This document shows, piece after piece, positions 57,237-64,000 of a stretch of DNA of 64,000 nt; the stretch's first letter is position 1; each line of letters begins with the position of its first letter. The notes under the pieces were generated by a model. That model saw only the letters and a list, made by a program, of their open reading frames with translations, was not told the DNA's origin and did not search any database. The translations under genes were made by a program, and so were the position numbers. Source of the stretch: Candidatus Omnitrophota bacterium (lineage in GTDB: Bacteria; Omnitrophota; Gorgyraeia; Gygaellales; Profunditerraquicolaceae); contig JAQTQG010000002.1 of the NCBI GenBank assembly GCA_028712375.1, positions 8,032 to 72,031 of the forward strand. The letters run 5' to 3'.

Positions 57237-58440
57237 GGCGGACAGCCTCGCTGGGAATTATGCGGCTGGCATAATATGCCGGGTAAATACTGGCCGCCAA
57301 AGTAATCAACAGGGCAGAAACTACAATAACAGTAACATCGCTTATATTAATATTTACCGGAATCCGGTCGAAATAATAAATATCTTTGGGAATCAGGCTT
57401 CTACCGATAATTTTAGAGATAACATCTACCACTTTATCTAAAGAAAGCGCCAGCCCCACTCCCGCGCTTAACCCTAATAATATTCCGGTCACGCCAATCG
57501 CCATGCCTTGAAAAATAAAAATCTGCAGAATGCTTTTGGTCCTGGCGCCCACCGAACGTAAAATACCGATATCTTTAATCCTGCTCATTACCGACATAAT
57601 TAAAGTGCTCACAATGCCAAATGCCGCTACCACCGTGGTCATCGTCACCACAATAAACATCACAATCTTCTCAAGCTTTAAAGCTTCCAGGAAATTCTTA
57701 TTAGCATCTATCCAGGTACGCACCAGGTAAGGGCCGACACCGGTTAAATCCCGGTACAATTTTTCTTTAATATTTTCAACTTTATAAATATCCCGGACAC
57801 GCACGGCAACCCCGCTAATCGCATCCGGCATTTTGTAAAAATCCTGCGCCCCTTGAATGCTAGTCAATACCAAGCTAGAATCATATAAATACATTCCGCT
57901 ATTAAAGATCCCTTTAACATAAAAATCGGTTTTCGCTAAAGAGACCGGTGAAACCAGGCTCAAAACTCCGCCAATATCTAGGCCTAGACGCCAAGCAAGC
58001 TCACCACCCAATGCTACTTCGTTACCCGTCAACGCATAGCTGCCGGATTTTAAATACTCATCAAGCTTAGATGTTTCCATTTGCAGCTGCGGGTCAATAC
58101 CACGCACCTGCACCCCGAAAATCGACTTGCCTGTTTTAACTAAAGCCTGGCCGTCGATAAAAGGAGAGGCTCCTTCTACGTAAGAAAAAGTTTTTAACTT
58201 ATCAATTACCTTTCCGGAATCCCGTGAGCCATTATAAAACTCCAGCGACAAATGCGAGTTAGTCCCCACCATCTTATCTTCGAGAAACCGGTCAAACCCG
58301 CTCATTACCGAAATCACCACGATCAAAACCATTACTCCAATGGCAATCCCGATTATGGAAATTAATGCGGTAATAGAAATAATCTTTTCTTTTTTACCCG
58401 CTCTCAGGTATCTTTGGCTAAGCCATAACTCTGAAAGCAT
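57229..58440 (-). CDS. lolC: Lipoprotein-releasing system permease LolC/E family (FtsX-like)
   Basis: N-terminal TM helix, large periplasmic domain, and 3 C-terminal TM helices (FtsX fold). Confidence 0.75.
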   Translation of the reverse strand: MLSELWLSQRYLRAGKKEKIISITALISIIGIAIGVMVLIVVISVMSGFDRFLEDKMVGTNSHLSLEFYNGSRDSGKVIDKLKTFSYVEGASPFIDGQALVKTGKSIFGVQVRGIDPQLQMETSKLDEYLKSGSYALTGNEVALGGELAWRLGLDIGGVLSLVSPVSLAKTDFYVKGIFNSGMYLYDSSLVLTSIQGAQDFYKMPDAISGVAVRVRDIYKVENIKEKLYRDLTGVGPYLVRTWIDANKNFLEALKLEKIVMFIVVTMTTVVAAFGIVSTLIMSVMSRIKDIGILRSVGARTKSILQIFIFQGMAIGVTGILLGLSAGVGLALSLDKVVDVISKIIGRSLIPKDIYYFDRIPVNINISDVTVIVVSALLITLAASIYPAYYASRIIPSEAVRHE

Positions 58441-59900
58441 TACTTGGTCTCCTCCTGCTCCGGCGACCGCCGCAAGAGAGGAAATAAAATCACATCTCTA
58501 ATTGATGGTTGATCCGTAAGCAGCATCACCAGCCGGTCGATTCCAATACCCAGCCCTCCGGCCGGCGGCATACCATGCTCTAAAGCCAGCAAATACTCTT
58601 CATCGACATTCTTTTTTTCCTCGGAATTGAGATCTTTAATCTCTTCTTCGAAACGCCGGCGCTGCTCCAAAGGATTATTTAACTCGGAATAAGCATTAGC
58701 AATCTCCATCCCCGCCAGATAAAGTTCGAACCTCTCGGAAATCAAGGGATTGTCTTTTTGCGTTTTAGCTAAAGGGCAAAGGCTGGTAAAATAATCCGTA
58801 ATGAATGTAGGATTAACCAGAAGCTCCTGCTCTAAGGCATCCTCCACAATTTTATTTATCTGGGAACGGCTTAGGCGGCTCTGATCCTTAGCCAGCCCCT
58901 TAGCTTGTAATTTTTCCAGCATTACCGACGGACTATCCTGCGGTTCAATGCCAAATTTTTCCTTAACCAACCCGGCAAATGACTGCCTTCTCCAGGGAGT
59001 TTTTAAATCAATGGTTTTGCCCTGATAAAGCAATTCCTCTTTGCCTAAAACCTGCTGGGCAACATGGCAGATCAAATCCTGCGTTAAATTAATCATATCC
59101 TCATAATCCGCATAAGCCTGATAAACCTCCAGCATAGTAAACTCCGGATTATGCCGGGTAGAAACCCCCTCATTGCGAAAAGAACGATTGATTTCATAAA
59201 CCCGGTCAAGGCCGCCAACCAACAGGCGTTTTAAATATAACTCCGGGGCAATCCTCAAATACAAATCCATGCTATATTCATTATGAAAAGTCTTAAACGG
59301 CCGGCCGGCTGCGCCTCCAGCGATATCGTGCATCATCGGAGTTTCTACTTCCAGAAATCCCCGTTCATCTAAAAAACTGCGGATAGCCTGAATAATCTTG
59401 GCGCGCAACAAAAATACTTTTTTTACATCTTCATTAGCAAGCAGGTCTAAATAACGCTGCCGGTATCGTAACTCTACATCCTTTAAACCATGCCATTTCT
59501 CAGGTAAAGGCCGTAAAGCTTTAGATAATATCGTAAAATCCAGGACTTTTACCGTAAATTCCCCGGTGTGCGTCTTAAAAAGCTCGCCACTGACGCTTAA
59601 AATGTCAGCAATATCCAATTGCTCAAGCAGTGCAGCCCTGTCTTCTCCCACAACATCCCGCTTAATATAAAGCTGAATCTTGCCGGTAGTATCCCTCAGG
59701 TCCATAAAATTGACCTTACCGTGTGCCCGATTAGCCATAATTCTTCCGCAAAGAGTAACTTTTTTGCCTTCTTCAAAGCTGCTCAAAGCCTGCCCAATCG
59801 GAATATGGGCAGGAACGCTGGCCGGATACAAAACCACATTTTTATTGCCCAGTATCCCTAATTTTTCGATTCTCTGCTGCACGATCTCATTAATGTCCAT
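58440..59900 (-). CDS. lysS: Lysine--tRNA ligase (class II)
   Basis: N-terminal OB fold and class II motifs (FRNEG, GGLGIGIDRLVMLL). Confidence 0.92.
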   Translation of the reverse strand: MDINEIVQQRIEKLGILGNKNVVLYPASVPAHIPIGQALSSFEEGKKVTLCGRIMANRAHGKVNFMDLRDTTGKIQLYIKRDVVGEDRAALLEQLDIADILSVSGELFKTHTGEFTVKVLDFTILSKALRPLPEKWHGLKDVELRYRQRYLDLLANEDVKKVFLLRAKIIQAIRSFLDERGFLEVETPMMHDIAGGAAGRPFKTFHNEYSMDLYLRIAPELYLKRLLVGGLDRVYEINRSFRNEGVSTRHNPEFTMLEVYQAYADYEDMINLTQDLICHVAQQVLGKEELLYQGKTIDLKTPWRRQSFAGLVKEKFGIEPQDSPSVMLEKLQAKGLAKDQSRLSRSQINKIVEDALEQELLVNPTFITDYFTSLCPLAKTQKDNPLISERFELYLAGMEIANAYSELNNPLEQRRRFEEEIKDLNSEEKKNVDEEYLLALEHGMPPAGGLGIGIDRLVMLLTDQPSIRDVILFPLLRRSPEQEETK

Positions 59901-59933
59901 AGTTCAGTAATTATATAGTATATTTGGGGTTAT

Positions 59934-59990
59934 GTCAAAAGAAAACGGGGCCGCGTCAATATCGCTGAAACGGCCCCATTTTATTAATTT
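59934..59990. terminator. Bidirectional rho-independent terminator between htpX and lysS
   Basis: GGGGCCG...CGGCCCC stem, flanked by U-tracts on both strands (GTTTTCTTTTG on the minus strand, ATTTTATTAATTTTT on the plus strand). Confidence 0.65.
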
Positions 59991-59999
59991 TTAACTCTT

Positions 60000-60962
60000 T
60001 TAAACCTTATGCTCTGAAAGCCTTTTTATACGTTTAAGCATATTCGGATGCGTGCTTAAAAGCTCAAGCATCTTATCCCCTAAATTCAAACGTATATTTG
60101 ACCTTCTGAGCAACTCCAATTCAGAAGCATCAATCGTTCCGCTTTTATCTAAGTCTAACTGTGACAACTCCAATACTTCCTTACGCCCCTGTGATGGATC
60201 ATTGATAAAAAAAGCTTTTAACCCTTCAGTCTGCTTTAATTCCTCCTTATTCAGCTTAGCTGAACCATAAGCCAGTTTATAAAGGCTGGAAGCTAAGGCT
60301 TTTGGTTGATTACCTAAAAGCACAGAACCACGGTCAGCAAAATACTCCCGGATACGCGAAGCATAAAGCACTAAAAGATTAGTCACAAAATAGAACAAAA
60401 AGGCTGCCAGGCCGATCAAGACAGTATTGCCTCCCCGATCATCACGCCGGCGTCCGTAAAATAAAAACTGCCAGGCAATCCTATACATCACCATAGGAAT
60501 AACGGAAAGCAAGGTAATCGTAAGCACATCATGATTCTTTAAATGGCTTAACTCATGCCCAAGTACTGCCTTTAATTCTTCCTCATTAAGCAGATTCAAT
60601 ATCCCATTCGTTACACAAACCCTCCCATCTTTGAGAGAACGGCCAAAAGCAAAAGCATTGGGAATATCGATCTGGGCAATACCGATTTTGGGCATCGGGA
60701 TATTAGCACGCAAACTTAAACTTTCCACCATCTGGAACAGGCGCGGATTTTCTTCTCTTTTAATATATTTAACCCGCATGCTCCATTCCACAATTTTAGG
60801 CCCCAGCATATATTGAATAACCATCATCACTAAAGAAATAATTAAATAGAAGCTGAAATTGCTTACATGTAAAAAACTACTGCCCACCACCACTAATAAA
60901 GCATAAATAATCCCGAATAAAAGCGTTACCAACAACCACATCCTTAACTGTAATGACCACAT
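60000..60962 (-). CDS. htpX: M48 family zinc metalloprotease HtpX-like
   Basis: HEXXH motif (VLGHELSHLKNHD), N-terminal TM helices, and a C-terminal Asp-rich Ca-binding-like segment (DLDKSGTIDASELE). Confidence 0.85.
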   Translation of the reverse strand: MWSLQLRMWLLVTLLFGIIYALLVVVGSSFLHVSNFSFYLIISLVMMVIQYMLGPKIVEWSMRVKYIKREENPRLFQMVESLSLRANIPMPKIGIAQIDIPNAFAFGRSLKDGRVCVTNGILNLLNEEELKAVLGHELSHLKNHDVLTITLLSVIPMVMYRIAWQFLFYGRRRDDRGGNTVLIGLAAFLFYFVTNLLVLYASRIREYFADRGSVLLGNQPKALASSLYKLAYGSAKLNKEELKQTEGLKAFFINDPSQGRKEVLELSQLDLDKSGTIDASELELLRRSNIRLNLGDKMLELLSTHPNMLKRIKRLSEHKV

Positions 60963-60966
60963 CCGA

Positions 60967-61377
60967 CTAATCCTCCTTTATTACGTTAGCCTTAACTGTA
61001 AATCGAATTATTGCCTGATCCGCATTATCGGTATTAACATACACAAATTGTTTAACCTGCCCCGAATATCCATGTGAATTAAAAGTTACTTTAATCGCGG
61101 TACTCTCCTGCGGCATTAAAGATCTCTTATCCGATTGTGAAGCAGTACATCCGCAAGAAGTATGAATACTATTTATCGCCAGGATATCATTCGTCTCATT
61201 TTTTAATATAAAATCGTGCTTTAAAACAGCCCCCTGCTTAACCACGCCAAAGTCCCATTCGTTAATACCGGCTCTCTCTTGCGCATAACATACCGGTTCC
61301 ACCGGCAAACTGAAAAACACCTCTGCGCCAAAAAAGAGAAAGCTCAACAAACTCCATATAATTATTACCTTGCGCAT
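60967..61377 (-). CDS. DUF1573 domain secreted protein
   Basis: Signal peptide plus the DUF1573 beta-sandwich pattern (FGVVKQGAVLKHDFILKN ... VKVTFNS). Confidence 0.7.
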   Translation of the reverse strand: MRKVIIIWSLLSFLFFGAEVFFSLPVEPVCYAQERAGINEWDFGVVKQGAVLKHDFILKNETNDILAINSIHTSCGCTASQSDKRSLMPQESTAIKVTFNSHGYSGQVKQFVYVNTDNADQAIIRFTVKANVIKED

Positions 61378-62627
61378 TAAACCCTCCAGAGCAAGAATAT
61401 CCCTAAGCTAAAAAATAAAACTGCCAATAAAATCTTAATTGACCCTAAGTTCTTCTTCAGGAAACCGGAAAATTGCTGGCTACTGGTCCCTAATAACGCC
61501 AATATAAAAATTACAATCAGCGGCACAACGAACATAATATTATACAATAAGAGGTATATGAATGCCTGAAGCCTAAGCGCTGTAGATTTTAGCACAAAAG
61601 ATATCGTCGGCAAATATACCTGCCCGGTACATACTGCCTCCAGAAGCGAAACTAAAAATCCGGTAACCAGCGCGCTGAAAGCAAGCCTGCTTAAGGCCGG
61701 TTTCATTTTTTCCTGCTTTTGCCGGTGGCTCTGACGGTAAAAAAATCCTACTACCTTGTGAATACTGTCTTTAACCGGTTTGGGCAGCTGCAAAATCAGC
61801 CCTTCGGTAGAACCTGTTTTTTTAAATATGATGAAATCATAAACTGCCAGGACGCCGAATACTATACTTAAAATTCCAATGATTATATTTGATAAACGCG
61901 CGATTATTAAAAATCCTGAAAAACGATAAAAGAAATTAAAAATCCCCAGACCAATCCCCAGATAGGTCAGAAAAACTCCAAAAATAAATAACGCACCGAT
62001 TAAAACAAGCTCTCTTCTACGGTATCCTTGCAGGGCAAGAAAAGAAATAAAAAATATAATTACCGTAAAAGCACAGGGATTGATTCCGTCGCTGAGCCCG
62101 GCAATAATAATTGCCGCCGGAACAAAACTTTTAAAATACGCTATTAAATCCACCGGATCAGAACCTGCAACTAAAGGCCGGCTAATTCCTGCCAGGATAA
62201 AATTCCGTAACTTATCGGGAAGCTGGCCGTCCGCGCTTAAAAACCTGCCGCGCATATAAAAAAGCGGGACCTGAAATTTTATCCCCTCCGGGTCTTTCTG
62301 CAACAAACCCAGAAGCAACTTATAATCCTCTAGGCGGCTAACATCGCGGTACTCGAAAATAATCCTGTCTTTAAATTCTTTTTCAATACCCGGCAGCACT
62401 TCCTGATTTACCTGAATACAGCGGTGGCAGCTGGGCGAATGAAAAATAATAAGCTTGGCCTGGCCGGAATCCGGCTCGCCGGCAAACAGAATCCCTGCCG
62501 GTAGAAACAAAACTAAAAATAAAAGTCCGATAAAATAACTTTTCAGTTTAGTCATAATATTATCTGTTGGATTATATAAACAGGAGAATATCCGGTTAAG
62601 GCTAAAACATAAAATCAAATATAACAC
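61377..62627 (-). CDS. Thiol:disulfide interchange protein, DsbD/CcdA-like (N-terminal thioredoxin-like domain fused to a CcdA transmembrane domain)
   Basis: HSPSCHRC thioredoxin-like CxxC, a multi-TM domain with GINPCAF, and a second membrane-embedded Cys. Confidence 0.7.
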   Translation of the reverse strand: MLYLILCFSLNRIFSCLYNPTDNIMTKLKSYFIGLLFLVLFLPAGILFAGEPDSGQAKLIIFHSPSCHRCIQVNQEVLPGIEKEFKDRIIFEYRDVSRLEDYKLLLGLLQKDPEGIKFQVPLFYMRGRFLSADGQLPDKLRNFILAGISRPLVAGSDPVDLIAYFKSFVPAAIIIAGLSDGINPCAFTVIIFFISFLALQGYRRRELVLIGALFIFGVFLTYLGIGLGIFNFFYRFSGFLIIARLSNIIIGILSIVFGVLAVYDFIIFKKTGSTEGLILQLPKPVKDSIHKVVGFFYRQSHRQKQEKMKPALSRLAFSALVTGFLVSLLEAVCTGQVYLPTISFVLKSTALRLQAFIYLLLYNIMFVVPLIVIFILALLGTSSQQFSGFLKKNLGSIKILLAVLFFSLGIFLLWRV

Positions 62628-62667
62628 ATTTACTTAAGTAATCAACAAAATTCTCCTCTTAAAAAGC

Positions 62668-63063
62668 TTAGATCAGGTTAAAAATAGTAAATTTACCCTC
62701 GCCCAGCAAAATAAGAGCAAGGCAGGCGCAAGCAATCACAAAAGTATACTCAAAGCCTCCGCTGGATAAAAAGAAACCTTTAGCCAAATGCACTTTAAAA
62801 GCAGCTGTAATAATAAGCATCAGGAGCATGGCCGCCCAAGACCGGGTAAACAATCCAATTATTAAACATACTCCTCCCAGTAATTCCGTATAGGCAGCCA
62901 GATAAGCCCACGGGATGGCCGGAGCAAACCCTAAACCGGAAAGCATCTGAGAGAATCCTTTAATTCCCGGGCCGCCGTAAAAACCGAAAGCCTTCTGCAA
63001 CCCATGCGCTGCGAACATAATCCCTATCCCCAACCTTAAAACCAAAATTCCCCAGTTTGACAT
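62668..63063 (-). CDS. doxX: DoxX family membrane protein
   Basis: ILVLRLGIGIMFAAHGLQKAFGFYGG pattern and 4 TM helices. Confidence 0.8.
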   Translation of the reverse strand: MSNWGILVLRLGIGIMFAAHGLQKAFGFYGGPGIKGFSQMLSGLGFAPAIPWAYLAAYTELLGGVCLIIGLFTRSWAAMLLMLIITAAFKVHLAKGFFLSSGGFEYTFVIACACLALILLGEGKFTIFNLI

Positions 63064-63098
63064 CTGCCCCTCCTTTTTTTCACTTACCCGTTGCCTGA

Positions 63099-64000
63099 CT
63101 AAAACAAGCTTTTAATTAAATTTCTCGTAATGCCGGCCCGGTTAATCCAACCGATTGAACGAAAAATACACATACTAAAATGCAATAAAGTAGCCAGCCA
63201 CCCGGAAACATTTAACCCCATCACCTGCCCGCAGGAACAATTATTAGCCATCGGAATAATATAACCCAGATCCAGCGGCCGGTATTTTTTAAGCGGCATA
63301 TTTTTTATGTTTCTGATTATGTTTTGAGCGGCTAAATCACCTTGAGTAATCGCAAACTGAACGGCCATCCTCAAAGAAGTATTTTTACTGCTAAAAAAAG
63401 CAGTATCTCCGGCGCAAAAACAACTCTGGTTAAGCCTTAAATATTCATCCACAACAATCCGCCCTTGCGGGTTCTTGGGAATATCCAACTTTTGAATAAA
63501 TTCTGCTGTTTTAACCCCGGGAACCCAAATCAACACTGAACGCACAAATTCCCTGCCTCCGGAAACCAGCACTTTATCCGGGCCGGCCTTCTCAATCACG
63601 GTGTTTGTCAAAACCTCAATGCCTATACTTTTTAAATTCCTTCCGGCATAATCTTTCATCCAGGCCGGTAAAGGCCCGAGCGCAGAAGGCGCCCGCTCAA
63701 CCATAATAATATTTTTAGATACTTTGTTTTTCTTAAAATAAAGCCACAGGTTTGTAGCTGCCTCCACCCCGGTATAGCCTGCGCCGCAAATAATTACATT
63801 TTCATAATTATTTTCCTGCAAACAGCTAATTATCCTTTGCACATCCTCTACGTTATTTAAAGGAAACCCGTAAGCCCGGGCGTCAGGGTTAGAAAAAAAA
63901 TTTGGTTGGCTGCCGCTGGAGATAATTAAATAATCGTAATTATGGCTGGTTGATCCGGCTTGAACCTGCTTAGCGGCTAAATCAACAGAATTAACCTCTT
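63099..64000 (-). CDS. Pyridine nucleotide-disulfide oxidoreductase, NDH-2/SQR-like, C-terminal part; gene continues past the right window edge
   Basis: Second Rossmann motif VIICGAGYTGVEAATNL. The reading frame stays open upstream (…YDYLIISSGSQPNFFSNPDARAYGFPLNNVEDVQRIISCLQ) to position 64000. Confidence 0.7.
   Translation of the reverse strand, partial: EVNSVDLAAKQVQAGSTSHNYDYLIISSGSQPNFFSNPDARAYGFPLNNVEDVQRIISCLQENNYENVIICGAGYTGVEAATNLWLYFKKNKVSKNIIMVERAPSALGPLPAWMKDYAGRNLKSIGIEVLTNTVIEKAGPDKVLVSGGREFVRSVLIWVPGVKTAEFIQKLDIPKNPQGRIVVDEYLRLNQSCFCAGDTAFFSSKNTSLRMAVQFAITQGDLAAQNIIRNIKNMPLKKYRPLDLGYIIPMANNCSCGQVMGLNVSGWLATLLHFSMCIFRSIGWINRAGITRNLIKSLF

Overview
This 64 kb window reads as a low-GC anaerobic bacterium with a diderm envelope, and almost all genes lie on the minus strand. 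Positions 1–5.6 kb form an AT-rich integrated island, described first below; the rest is housekeeping chromosome containing several unexplained small structured elements.

The island abuts tRNA-His. On the minus strand it carries a four-gene operon: an unknown 266-aa protein, Vsr, a Dcm-type C5-cytosine methyltransferase, and a PLD/HKD-family nuclease that runs off the window edge. A small MazG-like NTP pyrophosphohydrolase follows, then a divergently transcribed DUF2924-like protein translationally coupled to a large serine recombinase.

The rest of the window holds:
- tRNA-His(GTG), tRNA-Arg(TCT), tRNA-Pro(TGG) and tRNA-Leu(CAG)
- tmRNA next to smpB
- rdgB-rph-fumAB, queDCEF, murI and an Amidase_3 gene
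- a complete Rex-regulated electron-bifurcating [FeFe]-hydrogenase locus (rex-hydC-hydB-hydA) followed by a HydS-type sensory hydrogenase with a PAS domain and a PP2C phosphatase
- a clan GH-A glycosidase
- an in-frame Maf–M48 (BepA/LoiP-like) protease fusion ORF
- pyrE, comFC, lptFG, alr, tsaBE, thiL, mtnA, a DUF362 Fe-S protein, tatD, metG, ricT/PSP1, holB, tmk
- a Firmicutes-like syntenic block cysS-cysE-ispF-ispD-yacL-radA ... clpC-mcsB-mcsA, interrupted by mlaFED
- ilvE, lolCD, lysS, htpX, DUF1573, a DsbD/CcdA fusion, doxX and a partial NDH-2-like flavoprotein

Small structured elements the gene calls do not explain:
- a dispersed hairpin repeat family (CCTTGC-loop-GCAAGG) at four loci, three of them next to tRNAs
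- a 37-nt tandem direct repeat in the tRNA-Leu leader
- partial duplications of the tRNA-Arg and tRNA-Leu 3' ends
- two copies of an inverted-repeat module that sequesters an identical Shine-Dalgarno/GTG-start region, upstream of lptF and of radA
- two GC-rich structured intergenic elements at 27.9 kb and 43.3 kb

No CRISPR array was found.
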